Below are positions 26,520 to 37,100 of a stretch of 64,000 bases of DNA, one piece after another; the first letter of the stretch is position 1, and each line of letters begins with the position of its first letter. This DNA comes from a virus. The notes below the pieces were generated by a model, which saw only the letters and a program-made list of their open reading frames with translations, did no database searches and was not told where the DNA came from. The position numbers and the translations under genes were made by a program. The DNA is taken from IMG/VR virus record IMGVR_UViG_3300045988_076131, positions 10,380 through 74,379 of that record, one strand, 5' to 3'.

Positions 26520-28190
26520 TTATCCCCACAACGTTTCATCATATATGCTTTGCGCGAACGGGTTCTTATGACGCTCTTCCTTGTATTCTGCCGTTGCCAC
26601 AGCCACAAGTGCAAGGCTTTCTTGTATCTCCCTGCCGTACTCGTAGTTTACACAGGGCAGAAATCTCATAGCACACGGGTCAAGCAAGTCCATTGATCGA
26701 CCTTTTCCAAGGTTACGGTTCATCTCTTTCTTGCTCATCAACTTACGCTTGCCGTTCGGCATTTTCTCAAACCTAACTACGGCGCACTCCTCCAAAAACT
26801 CATTTTGTATAGTTACCTTGTATTTGAGGTTTTGGTGTGTATAAGTCTTTTCCGCAACCGCATCTTCCATCGTCAACTCGCCGGCGTTAATCATCCTGCA
26901 AAGTCTGAGGTAACATAGGTCTTTAAGTGTCATGGCGGTGGGGTAGTATATACCTATCGGCTTTGCGCTGCTCATATACGGGTTAGCATCGGGTATATAG
27001 TCGTTAAAGTACCTACCTGCCGTTGCGTCATATATGATGTGACTCTCGGCGATACCGTGTTTTATGGCAAACTGACGAGCAAACTCGGCGTTCTGTCTCG
27101 GAGTTGAGTGTGGATGTATCTCTATATCGACTATATGAAAACCATTCCACGCTATCATAAGCATATTGTCCGTACCATAGTCTGCAAGGTCAATCGTTAT
27201 CCACTTTTCTCCCGTTAAGGCAGGGTCGTTAGTAAAAACCCTGCGTGCATTGATGCCGCTAATCGGCAAATCCTCTTCTTCCTCGGGGTCTACATTCCAG
27301 TTTCCTTCAACAAGAGCCTGTGCCATCTTGCCGCCACTCGCCGCAATAGAGCCGATGTAACCGGCGTTTCCATCAAGCAAACCCTTATTCTCACTAAGTC
27401 TACCTTGATAAAATACAAAGCTCTTGATAATATCCTTGTAACTAAAATTGCCACCAATAGCAGCCAGTTTCCGGTCTATATCTATCTTGCATTTTAGGTA
27501 CACCTCTTTTTTAGAGTCTCCCCATACCACATCTTTTACAGATGCCCCATTGACGTAGAAATACCTAACCTTGCCGTCTCTTTCAGGATTTATCTTGCCG
27601 TCAATCCCGATATACCAGTCTATGAATGTTCTTATCCAGTGGCTTCTTTTCGGGTTCATGGTGGCAAAGAACTTACCTGTGAAAGTTTTGCTTTGTCCTC
27701 GGTTTCGTGTTATCACGTACGAGAAGGCCTCCCACGACATCTCTGTAAGCTCGTCGATCGCAATCATATCATACTCCCAACCTTTTGCACGCTCTCGGAG
27801 TTTATCCATGTTTGAGTCGTCAAGATAGGTAAGGTCACAGAAGGTGCCGTTTGGAAACGAAATGCGAGGGCTGTCACTTTCCTTTACCTTTATATAGTCT
27901 GCGCCGAATATCTGCTTAAACTTCTCTACGAAGCCACCTCCTGCCTTCTGATTACCAAGACTACGACGCGAAATCATCGCGCGGAAGTCGGGGTCTGTCA
28001 TTAAAGGTTCCGCCATAGCGAGAACGAGGGCAAACGACTTTCCGGCTGCCAAAATTCCACCGCCGAAACAAACATCTACGTTTGCGGTCACAAAAGACTC
28101 CTGAAAGCCTTCTTGCGGTTTTATTATAATATCCTTATCCTCGCCCCTCATACCACAAAAGTAATACTTTAATTCGCTTAGATACAGCAT
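26520..28190 (-). CDS. terL: terminase large subunit
   Basis: Walker A-like GGGILAAGKS, Walker B-like MIAIDELTE, and a C-terminal nuclease-like region. Confidence 0.85.
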   Translation of the reverse strand: MLYLSELKYYFCGMRGEDKDIIIKPQEGFQESFVTANVDVCFGGGILAAGKSFALVLAMAEPLMTDPDFRAMISRRSLGNQKAGGGFVEKFKQIFGADYIKVKESDSPRISFPNGTFCDLTYLDDSNMDKLRERAKGWEYDMIAIDELTEMSWEAFSYVITRNRGQSKTFTGKFFATMNPKRSHWIRTFIDWYIGIDGKINPERDGKVRYFYVNGASVKDVVWGDSKKEVYLKCKIDIDRKLAAIGGNFSYKDIIKSFVFYQGRLSENKGLLDGNAGYIGSIAASGGKMAQALVEGNWNVDPEEEEDLPISGINARRVFTNDPALTGEKWITIDLADYGTDNMLMIAWNGFHIVDIEIHPHSTPRQNAEFARQFAIKHGIAESHIIYDATAGRYFNDYIPDANPYMSSAKPIGIYYPTAMTLKDLCYLRLCRMINAGELTMEDAVAEKTYTHQNLKYKVTIQNEFLEECAVVRFEKMPNGKRKLMSKKEMNRNLGKGRSMDLLDPCAMRFLPCVNYEYGREIQESLALVAVATAEYKEERHKNPFAQSIYDETLWG

Positions 28191-28236
28191 TTTAGTAAGC
28201 CTTATTTGACACGTATCAAATACACATTTGTAATTA

Positions 28237-28268
28237 TTTGTGCTTCATGTAATATAAAGCTAATTTTG
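28237..28268 (+). promoter_or_regulatory. Bacteroidetes-type promoter of the head/tail operon
   Basis: TTTG (28237-28240), a 20-nt spacer, TAATTTTG (28261-28268), and the ATG at 28294. Confidence 0.55.
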
Positions 28269-28293
28269 TTTCAAACAATAAAACACAAAGCAC

Positions 28294-28947
28294 ATGAAGT
28301 TTACAAAAGAACAGCTTTTAGATGCCCTAAAAGCGAAACTCACTGCAAACGGGAAACACCTTTCCATCAGCGAGAAGACAATCAAGAGTTTGAGTGACTC
28401 CCACTACGACCTTTTGGTTAGCGAAGAAACAGAGGTTGACGATTTGGTTAGCAAAATTCTTCCACAGTACGTTTCCCTTAACGGAAACTACGAAAAGGAC
28501 AACGCGGACTTTATCAAAAAGTGGAAGGAAGAGCATCCTGAGCCAAAGCCAAAGCCGGGTAAAACTCCTAATCCCGACGACAATGGTTCTTCTGAGGTAG
28601 AAAAGAAGCTGCTTGAGCGACTTGAAGCCTTGGAAAGAAGGGAGGCGGAAGCGGAGGCTGCAAGATTAGTATCTGCGAAACGCGGTGAACTTCTTGAAAA
28701 GTTCAAGGAGAAAGGAATTAGTGACAACAAGTGGATTGATGTCTACTTGAAGAAACTGTCAATCTCCAAGGACACAGACATTGAGGCAGAAACAGCCGAT
28801 GCGCTCGACTTCTACAACCTCTCTCATGCAAACAACGGAGGTCGCCGTACACCTGATAATAGCGGCAGCAATAACAACAGCGACATCAGCGCAGAGAGAT
28901 GGAAAGGTGTAAACAAGGCACTCGGTGGGATTACTCCTCAGAAGTAG
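28294..28947 (+). CDS. scaffolding protein
   Basis: Charged helical 217-aa protein directly upstream of the capsid genes. Confidence 0.55.
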   Translation: MKFTKEQLLDALKAKLTANGKHLSISEKTIKSLSDSHYDLLVSEETEVDDLVSKILPQYVSLNGNYEKDNADFIKKWKEEHPEPKPKPGKTPNPDDNGSSEVEKKLLERLEALERREAEAEAARLVSAKRGELLEKFKEKGISDNKWIDVYLKKLSISKDTDIEAETADALDFYNLSHANNGGRRTPDNSGSNNNSDISAERWKGVNKALGGITPQK

Positions 28948-28981
28948 TGTTGTAATTTATTAATTTTTTAAGGTAAGTTTT

Positions 28982-29734
28982 ATGGATAACTTTTTTTCAA
29001 GACAGGCTAACGGCGGTGCGGTATTCATGGGGCGCACCCTCGTACAGGCGCACGGCAATATTGGCGGCTATAGAAACGTCTTCGTGAAAATTGTCAATAG
29101 CAACAAGGGCGCGCTTAGCTATCCAACCTCGGGTGGCATCGTAAAAAACCCGTTCCCTGGTCGTGCGAAAATCTACGCAGGTGATTTCTGCGAGTACACG
29201 CCAAACCTCGACGATACCCACGGCGCAGAGGTGAAAATCCTGAAGTTCTACGAGGCAGCAAAAGAAGCTACAAGCACCGACGTAACCATCAAGATCGTTC
29301 GTGACGGCTATCGCCATATTCCGTTTGCCGGTGACAACATTATGATTGGTCAGAAAGACTTTACGACCAAGGCTAAGGCGGTTTCGGTCACACGCGTAGA
29401 GAAGTCAACGGAGGCTGGTGTGGATGTATGGGTTCTTACGCTCTCGGAGGCTCTCGGCGCAGCGATTAAGAAGGGCGATATTCTTGTCGAAGCAGCAGGA
29501 GCGGGAGCGAGCGTGCTTCCAATGGTAACAAACCCCAACTCCTATGCAGACAAGGATATGGACTTCCTGTATGATCCGAGCACATCTGACGACGATTACG
29601 ATGGCGCGAGATACATGTTTGCTCCGGCGTTAGCGCAGCAGGACACCATTATCGACCTTTTGGCTGTCGGCAAGCTACCACCTGCCGTTCTCGCCCTCAA
29701 CAAGAGTCGCGTCAAGACTTGGTTTAACCTCTAA
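28982..29734 (+). CDS. capsid-associated protein (decoration/auxiliary; call based on position)
   Basis: 250 aa, between scaffold and major capsid. Confidence 0.35.
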   Translation: MDNFFSRQANGGAVFMGRTLVQAHGNIGGYRNVFVKIVNSNKGALSYPTSGGIVKNPFPGRAKIYAGDFCEYTPNLDDTHGAEVKILKFYEAAKEATSTDVTIKIVRDGYRHIPFAGDNIMIGQKDFTTKAKAVSVTRVEKSTEAGVDVWVLTLSEALGAAIKKGDILVEAAGAGASVLPMVTNPNSYADKDMDFLYDPSTSDDDYDGARYMFAPALAQQDTIIDLLAVGKLPPAVLALNKSRVKTWFNL

Positions 29735-29771
29735 TAAATATCATGTTTAACACACAAAACTATTAGCAACT

Positions 29772-30947
29772 ATGAGATTTGATTTCAATAACTCCGATTG
29801 GGCCGCTCTGTTTCGTTCGCGCGACAATGGTAGCGAGCTGTTCCAGTCGCTCGTAGATAATACGCCTGTCCTCAATGATTTGGGCTGGGCCTTGTCTCAG
29901 GGTCATATCGCAGACGCTCCGACACCGACCGCAGATGACGGCTCTGCTACATTCCGCATTGAATCGAGCAAGTTGGAGGCAGCTCCACTTATGGACCTTC
30001 GCGCCCCACTTGGCGAGAGTCACCAGATGGACGCAGAGGGCGCAGAGGAGTATGTGGCTTCTATTCCTGACTTTATCGCTCGTGGCTGGACTGAGACAGC
30101 AGCACAGCGTGCCTATAAGGAGCGTATATATGCACAGCTCGGCAATACGGACAGAATTATTGCCAACTGGGTAGAAAAGGTACTTCTCCGCGGCTTGAAC
30201 TCGGCTAAGTCTACCCTTAATCAGATTGGAGCTCAGTTGGCCACCAAGGGCAAGGCTGACTACAAGGGCTTGGGCGCAGGTATCTACGCAAAGCTTCACG
30301 ATGCACGTATTCCAGCTGAGAATTTCGTTAAGGCTGGCGCAAAGGCTTGGACTGACCCTACATGCAAGATTCTTACACAGATGCGCAAGATTGAGGATAA
30401 CTACCGCGACAAGCGAGGCGGCTACTCTGGAGCTCTCACATGGAGAATGACAAAGAATATGTACGTCAATACCTTCTTGCAGAATCAGGAGGTTCGCGAC
30501 CTTTACGCCTCTTGGTGCAAGGCAAACTATATCGCCTACGTCGATGGTATGCCTATCACCAACGAGCAGTTCTTGCAGTCGTTCACTGACATTCAAGGTG
30601 TTTCACCGATCGGGATTGTCACCGAGAAGGAGCGCAACAAGACGCGCACAACCGACACTATGGTGCAGGGATGGGCAGACAATATCGCGGTTCTCCGACC
30701 AGCAGGCGATATGTTCGAGTTCAAGTACGCCAATGTTCTTGAGCGTGAAATGTACACCAAGTATGGCGCGAAGAGTATCGACACAACTTTCGCAACTATG
30801 CTCAACGGACTGGTTACAGCAATGAACACCACCACCGATAATGGCCGCTTGCAGGAGTGGCATACCGACGTGATGATGTCTGCAACACCGGCACTTCTCT
30901 CTTTCACAAACCATGTAATTATCAACACTGCCAACGCAGGCGAGTAG
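29772..30947 (+). CDS. major capsid protein
   Basis: 391 aa. Position after the scaffold/decoration genes parallels the lambda D-E order. Confidence 0.6.
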   Translation: MRFDFNNSDWAALFRSRDNGSELFQSLVDNTPVLNDLGWALSQGHIADAPTPTADDGSATFRIESSKLEAAPLMDLRAPLGESHQMDAEGAEEYVASIPDFIARGWTETAAQRAYKERIYAQLGNTDRIIANWVEKVLLRGLNSAKSTLNQIGAQLATKGKADYKGLGAGIYAKLHDARIPAENFVKAGAKAWTDPTCKILTQMRKIEDNYRDKRGGYSGALTWRMTKNMYVNTFLQNQEVRDLYASWCKANYIAYVDGMPITNEQFLQSFTDIQGVSPIGIVTEKERNKTRTTDTMVQGWADNIAVLRPAGDMFEFKYANVLEREMYTKYGAKSIDTTFATMLNGLVTAMNTTTDNGRLQEWHTDVMMSATPALLSFTNHVIINTANAGE

Positions 30948-30988
30948 TTATCATGGCATTACAATAATCAAATCCACTTCTCTTAAAA

Positions 30989-31372
30989 ATGGCAGTATTG
31001 AAGTTTGATATAATCGAATACCTAAGCGGTTTGACAAGTTTTGTCTTTGACAAGGCCGTTCTTAACCGCGTAGCTTTTGAGTGCGGAGTTTGTCACGTTG
31101 AAACCTATGCAGACCTTTCAGAGGAGGATCGTGACAGATGCAAGGCGGCGTTACTCGAAACCATCGTGTTCGGGCCGTATCAAACGGCATCTTCCACAAG
31201 TCAGCATGGTTCTTACACTCTGACGGTGGGAGCACAGACCATTACATCGCAAGCATTAGAGACTATCAAGGCGGAGCTTCGCAGACTATATACAAAGTAC
31301 TCCGAAGACACCAAGCTTGAAGCGCTCAATGCTTCCGGTGGGGAGATAAAATGGGTTTCAGAAACGGACTAA
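30989..31372 (+). CDS. head-tail connector/adaptor protein (call based on position)
   Basis: 127 aa, after the capsid gene. Confidence 0.4.
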   Translation: MAVLKFDIIEYLSGLTSFVFDKAVLNRVAFECGVCHVETYADLSEEDRDRCKAALLETIVFGPYQTASSTSQHGSYTLTVGAQTITSQALETIKAELRRLYTKYSEDTKLEALNASGGEIKWVSETD

Positions 31373-31375
31373 GCT

Positions 31376-31747
31376 ATGTACACCGATAGAAGCCGGATGG
31401 TAGAATACGAATACGATGGCGTGTTCTACCTAAGAGAACACGTAATTCCTTCTGACGGCAACCTGCTTGCGGAGGACAACGACAAGGAAGTTATCATTCA
31501 CAAGACAAAGTGCGACATACAGAAAACGGACAAGTTGTTTAATTCAGGTGTCGTCTCTATGGGTTATAATATCTATTTCCCAATGCCGACAAACGAAAGC
31601 GGCGAAGAGAAGCTCCCTAAAGGTCTGAAGATTGGCATACGCTTTCGGGGCGATATTTGCGGACTTGAGGTTGACGGAATGGTTATAGGTATCGAACCGA
31701 CAAAGCTTCATGGGTGCGTAGCTTACATAAAAGGAACTGACATTTAA
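31376..31747 (+). CDS. head-tail joining protein (call based on position)
   Basis: 123 aa. Confidence 0.4.
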   Translation: MYTDRSRMVEYEYDGVFYLREHVIPSDGNLLAEDNDKEVIIHKTKCDIQKTDKLFNSGVVSMGYNIYFPMPTNESGEEKLPKGLKIGIRFRGDICGLEVDGMVIGIEPTKLHGCVAYIKGTDI

Positions 31748-31757
31748 CAAATAGATT

Positions 31758-32156
31758 ATGGCGCAAAAAACACAAAGAAGGCTGTCTCGCATTGAAAACT
31801 TCTTTTCGATGCTCCTTTCTAATAAGGGTTTGTCCGACAATATCTTCATCGGAGAATTGCCACCTACCACAAACAAGGAGTGGGAAGACTTTGTAAATGT
31901 TGACATCGGACAGCAGCGCGACTACGGCGGCTACTCGCTCGGTTACGCCAATATCTACCTGTATGCAAGACCGAAAGGCGCGTTGCGCCGAAAAAACGTA
32001 AAAACCCTCGACAAAATGGAGGGTGTCCTGGATATGATTATCGACGAGGCCAACAGCGAGGATTATGTTATTCAGGAGCTTTACCGCGACAGTGGCTATG
32101 ACACAAACCGCCAGTTTCATTTCGATATGATCTCCGTTTCGGTTACAGTAAAATAA
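31758..32156 (+). CDS. tail completion / head-tail joining protein (call based on position)
   Basis: 132 aa. Confidence 0.4.
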   Translation: MAQKTQRRLSRIENFFSMLLSNKGLSDNIFIGELPPTTNKEWEDFVNVDIGQQRDYGGYSLGYANIYLYARPKGALRRKNVKTLDKMEGVLDMIIDEANSEDYVIQELYRDSGYDTNRQFHFDMISVSVTVK

Positions 32157-32199
32157 TTTCAACACAAAAAATCAGATTAACGTTTAAAAACACAAGAAT

Positions 32200-32775
32200 A
32201 TGGCTAAAGTAACAAATACCGGCGCAGGCGCACTGAAGCTTGTTAAGCCTGACGCAATCGTTGTAACCCTGTTTACCGGTGAGGAGCAGGACGATACTCC
32301 AAAGGGCGATTCTTACGTTCTTGATGATGTTATCCGTGATACTACGAGTATCGCACAGGACGACAACAGTACAAGCGACATTGAACGAGAGACTTCCGAC
32401 ACGCCGATTCTTTCAGTCGTAACAAGCGGCAAGTATCAGCTTGCAGCAGAGGTTGCGGACACACAGAAAGACCTTTTGGTTGCTTTGTGCGACTTCACCT
32501 ACGACGAAACAACCAAAAAGGCGTACGCCCCTGCCGCATACAAGACAAAGTACGCAAAGGTCGATGTCGTGTTCGGCACCAAGGCGGTTGTTGTACCGAA
32601 GGTACAGCTCAACTCGAAGGTAACTATGGGGTCGCTTAATACAAGCATCGGCAAGATTGCTCTTGCTGGTACGGCACAGCTTGCGGCGCTCAAGATTGGC
32701 GCGAGCGGCACTCAGAAGACAATCAAGACACCGTACTATCTTGACGAGAACTACACCATGCCGACAGGCGCGTAA
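32200..32775 (+). CDS. major tail protein
   Basis: 191 aa, followed by a terminator-like hairpin. Position before the chaperones and tape measure. Confidence 0.5.
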   Translation: MAKVTNTGAGALKLVKPDAIVVTLFTGEEQDDTPKGDSYVLDDVIRDTTSIAQDDNSTSDIERETSDTPILSVVTSGKYQLAAEVADTQKDLLVALCDFTYDETTKKAYAPAAYKTKYAKVDVVFGTKAVVVPKVQLNSKVTMGSLNTSIGKIALAGTAQLAALKIGASGTQKTIKTPYYLDENYTMPTGA

Positions 32776-32809
32776 GTAGATTCTTTATAACTCTCGATTA
32801 TATCTTCAT

Positions 32810-32849
32810 GGGGCGGCGGCTTTAGTGCCGTTCGCTCCATTTTTAGTTT
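32810..32849 (+). terminator. terminator/attenuator hairpin after the major tail gene
   Basis: GC-rich imperfect stem ggggcgg / ccgttcgctcc, followed by atttttagttt. Confidence 0.4.
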
Positions 32850-32857
32850 AAAGACTT

Positions 32858-33307
32858 ATGGCAGACTCATTGTACAAACAAGCCATCAACGCAATTCTTT
32901 TAGAATTGGAGAAAGATGCGGAAAGTGTAATGAACGAGTGTATTCAAGAAATCACATACACACATCGTTCATACAATCTGTACGACTCTTACGGATATGG
33001 TATATATCTCAACGGAAAGCTAACCAAATCCGGCTTCCTCTCTGCAACACCAAAAGCAACTGAAGGCAAGAATTGGTATGGAGAAAATATAAAAGGTCGT
33101 GATGCAATAAGCGACTATCTCAAGAAGGACTACAAGCCAAGTGGCGGGATAGACTTAGCTATAGTGGCAGCTATGCCATACGCCAAAGTGCTGGAAGATG
33201 GAAGCGGTAATCTCAAGAGGTCGTATAGAGTAATATCTATGTCCGTTCAGAAGTTGCGAGCTTTAGCGGCAAAATATAATGGAGTTGTCAAAGTAATCAG
33301 AAAGTAA
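32858..33307 (+). CDS. hypothetical structural protein
   Basis: 149-codon ORF. Confidence 0.5.
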   Translation: MADSLYKQAINAILLELEKDAESVMNECIQEITYTHRSYNLYDSYGYGIYLNGKLTKSGFLSATPKATEGKNWYGENIKGRDAISDYLKKDYKPSGGIDLAIVAAMPYAKVLEDGSGNLKRSYRVISMSVQKLRALAAKYNGVVKVIRK

Positions 33308-33320
33308 AAGCAAGAACAAC

Positions 33321-33878
33321 ATGGGAAAGGTTCACAGTATAAAAAAAGACCCGACAAAAGCGAGGAAACAGGCCGAAGAGGATGCAAAAAGAGTAACCCC
33401 CAGTACACCCTTGTCCGATGCAGCAATGGAACGCCTTGCGCAGATTATGAATGACACGCCGACCATTGTAAGGCTACAAGGCACCGAATGGGAGATTAAA
33501 GCCCTAAAGCCTGGCACCCAGTGGATGATTGCGGAAGAAGCCTGCAAGATAGTAAAAGGCGAAAATCTGTCTATGGGTGATGTCATTAAGGAGTTTGCCG
33601 TCAATTTGCCTTCCGTGGCAAAAGTTATCACGCTCGCGCTACTGAACGACAAAGACCGCATTAACTCTGACGAACACCAACAAGTCTACGACCAGCTCCT
33701 ATGGGGAGATTACGACATCAAGGACTGGGCGACACTACTCGTTGAGATTCTAAATCTTCTTGATGTGGATTTTTTCTTCGCGAGTACCAATGTGATTCAG
33801 ACCGTTCGCAACCAGGCTCTGACGAGAAAGACACAAGCAGCAGAATTGTGCCTGCAAGAACGGAGTATGGGCAGATGA
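33321..33878 (+). CDS. tail assembly chaperone (call based on position)
   Basis: 185 aa, immediately upstream of the tape measure region. Confidence 0.45.
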   Translation: MGKVHSIKKDPTKARKQAEEDAKRVTPSTPLSDAAMERLAQIMNDTPTIVRLQGTEWEIKALKPGTQWMIAEEACKIVKGENLSMGDVIKEFAVNLPSVAKVITLALLNDKDRINSDEHQQVYDQLLWGDYDIKDWATLLVEILNLLDVDFFFASTNVIQTVRNQALTRKTQAAELCLQERSMGR

Positions 33879-34090
33879 TAGATTTCTTACGTGCCAACAC
33901 ATGGTGCTCGCAGGAAGAATATAAATGGCAAATGACCGTTCCACAAGTCCGACTTGCATCAATGGACTTCACACATATCGAATACCTATCCGACAATGAG
34001 AAGCAGAACGGAAGCCTGAAAAACGCAAAGGTAATCAACGGAGTGGAAGACCTAAAAAATCTCAACGACCTCGGAATACCTATTTTATAA
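33875..34090 (+). CDS. small protein upstream of the tape measure
   Basis: ATG at 33875 overlaps the upstream stop (ATGA). Track ORF 33848..34090. Confidence 0.45.
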   Translation: MIDFLRANTWCSQEEYKWQMTVPQVRLASMDFTHIEYLSDNEKQNGSLKNAKVINGVEDLKNLNDLGIPIL

Positions 34091-34112
34091 ACTCTAAAAC
34101 TACGAATTAATT

Positions 34113-37100
34113 ATGGGCAATTCAGCTTTAGGCGCAGCGCTATCAATACCGAAAAGCGCTCTTGATGCCATAAAGGAGGCAGACCAGAAACTGAAAGACA
34201 TACAGAGTACCGCGAAAAACACCGCAGCCGGAGTTACTAAGTCCTTTAAGAACATGGCGGTGGGTACACAACCGTTTCTTGACGCATTAGACAAGGTAAT
34301 AGCAAAACTCAATACAATAAACACCTCGGCAACAAGCGCAAGTAGCAGTCTGAGCAACATTGGAGCAAGCGCAGGCAGTATGAGCGGCAATATCACGCAG
34401 GCTTCGCAGAATATACAGCAGATGGTTGCACAACTTTCAAACATGAAAGGTGCAGGCACAAGTAGTATCATGCAGGCAGTATTTGCGTTTCGGAGATTAC
34501 AGGAGGCAACCAAGGGTGCAAGTGGCATGAATATCGCTGAACTCAAAAAAGAGATTGGCGCGATTGATAGCATATTGAAAGATACAAACTATAACCTTAC
34601 CAAGGCAGACCAAGACTCCCTAATCAAGCGCAAGAAAACACTCCAGGACGAGCTGAAATACCAACAGCAGATGTGCGAGGAACGCGTTATTGCGTTTCAG
34701 AAAGCTCTTGATAAAATGTCGAGTGCGGAAGCTTCATTTAACGCCAAGCAAAGAAAAGCTTACTCTGACAGAAGTAAAGGATACCAAGAAAAGAACCACA
34801 AACAGAACACATCGTACAAAGGTGCGCTTGATTTCTCCGCAGCGGCTAACACGCTTAACCGACAGGCGCGTGCGATTGAGTATCTGAAAGAAGCCCGTAT
34901 GAAGCTGTCACAGACGGATGCGGACTATAAGCAGAAACTTGAGACGCTGAACGCAGCAATCGCTCGGCACACTCAAAACCTCAAAGAAGCAGGCGTAAGC
35001 TCGCGCAATCTCGCCGAACAGACATCATATATGTCGGGCTATATTTCTCGTTGGGCACAGCGCATGACGTTTGCGTTCTCTATTAATACCGTGCAAGGTT
35101 TTGTAGAGCAGATAGCCGCGGTGCGAGGTCAGTTCGAGTTGTCGCAGCGTTCGCTTGAAGCAATCTTGCAGAACAAGCCGAAAGCGGATGAGATATTCAA
35201 CAAAACGGTAGAACTTGCCGTTAAATCTCCTTTCCGTATTAAGGATTTGGTTGATTATACACGACAGCTTTCTGCTTATCGAATTGAATCTGACAAACTT
35301 TATGATACCACCAAGCGACTTGCCGATGTTTCAGCAGGTCTTGGTGTTGATATGGGTAGACTTATCCTTGCTTACGGACAGGTAAAAGCGGCTGCGTATC
35401 TCCGTGGTTCAGAGGTGCGTCAGTTTACGGAGGCAGGCGTAAACATGTACGGAGAGCTACAGTCTTACTTCAAAGAGGTTAAAGGTGAAGCATATACAAC
35501 AGCGCAGATTGTGGATATGATTTCCAAGCGTAAGGTCACATTTGAGGACGTTGAGGCAATATTCAAACGTATGACCGATAAGGGTGGAATATTCTACAAT
35601 ATGCAGGAGATACAGGCAGAAACTCTTCAAGGTAAGATTTCAAACCTGAAAGATGCTTTCGACGTAATGCTTAACGACATCGGCAAGTCAAACGAGGGCT
35701 TTTTCAAAGGCTCTATTCAGTTCGCCACAAACTTACTAAATCATTGGGAGGCTATAGCAAATGTTGCAAAAGCCTTGCTTTCCATTGTTGTTGCCATAAA
35801 GGTTAATTCTATGTTTATGCAGTCTAACTTAGGCAAAGCTTTTATTCTTAATGCCGCAATGGTGGGCAGATGGCGAGCCTTTTTAAACCTTATCGAATCT
35901 ATGCCTACTGCTTTTGGCAAGATGAAAACCGCAATTTCTGCTATAGGAGGTTCCTTAAAGGCTGCTTTGGGAGGTTTTGCTTTCTATGCTATTCTTCAAA
36001 CTATAATGAACTATAGAAATGCGTTGCAGCAGTTTGACGGAACCATAAGAAAGGCACGTGAAAGCACCATTGACGCATTAGGAAAAATCTCCGAACTCTC
36101 TGCCAAATACAAAGACTTTTCTAATGTTATATATAGAACACAGAACAATGTTGATGACAGCAAAGCCATAGAAGAAAAACGCAAAGCTCTAAACAAACTT
36201 ATCGAACAAGCGAACAGAGATGGCTTGGAGATTAAGATTAATGTTACAGAGCTTAATGAAACACAGCTTGATAAAGAATTTGAGACTCTTAAAAAGAGAT
36301 ATAGGGATTTCGTCTTTGAACTTGAAGCCATAAAGGAGCGTGCTGCCCAAAGCGACAAGAGCGGTTGGTGGTGGGGAGTATCCGGCATCAAAGAGGGTTT
36401 GGACGAATACAAAACGGCTGCTATAGACATTATCTCTCAAACCAACAAGATAGAGAAAGCGATGGCTTTAGCCAATATCGGCTATAAAGACGCGAACATA
36501 CAAACACAGAAGTATTTTGACACTTTGCGCAATGGACGTATTGATGGTGAAGCCGATATTGATTATCTCAAACGTATGCACGATGCGTGGAAAGGCCTGG
36601 AAGATTATTATTCTCGCAATAGCATGGTCTTACCCGATTGGCTTGTCAAAGGACAGGGATACATGAAGGGCGTGTCGGACGGCTTCGATGATTTAAGTTC
36701 TGCAATAAAACAAACAGAAGAGAACTTTAAGGATGTTTTTGTTGGGAAAGGCGGCATAGAAGAGTTCAAGAAGAGATACCAAAAAGACCCTATAAAACTC
36801 AAAGTAGAAATAGACCAATATGCCGCAGAAAACAGTTTGTCTGATACACAGAAGCGTTTGCTGTATGAAATTGCCGCAAAAAAATACGGCATTAAGTTCC
36901 CCGTAGAGGTTGACGATTCTGATACAGAGCCTGCCATTAAGACCATTATAGAGGATTTGCAGGAGTATGCCGACAAAAACAAAATTAAGATAAGTGTTGA
37001 GGTAAAAGACCCGAAGAACCTTAACGACACTATTAATGACTATCAGAAGTCGGCTAAAGACTGGCAAGAAACGATAGACAACATCAAACGTTCGCCCAAA

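Noticed and set aside
29763-30596. 277-codon minus-strand ORF
   Set aside because: It is antisense to the major capsid gene inside a uniformly plus-strand operon, and has no coupling to neighbours.
33848-33878. Programmed -1 frameshift between the two genes upstream of the tape measure (G/GT-type chaperone pair)
   Set aside because: The overlap has no slippery heptamer. The second ORF has its own ATG at 33875, forming an ATGA stop/start overlap, so simple translational coupling explains it.
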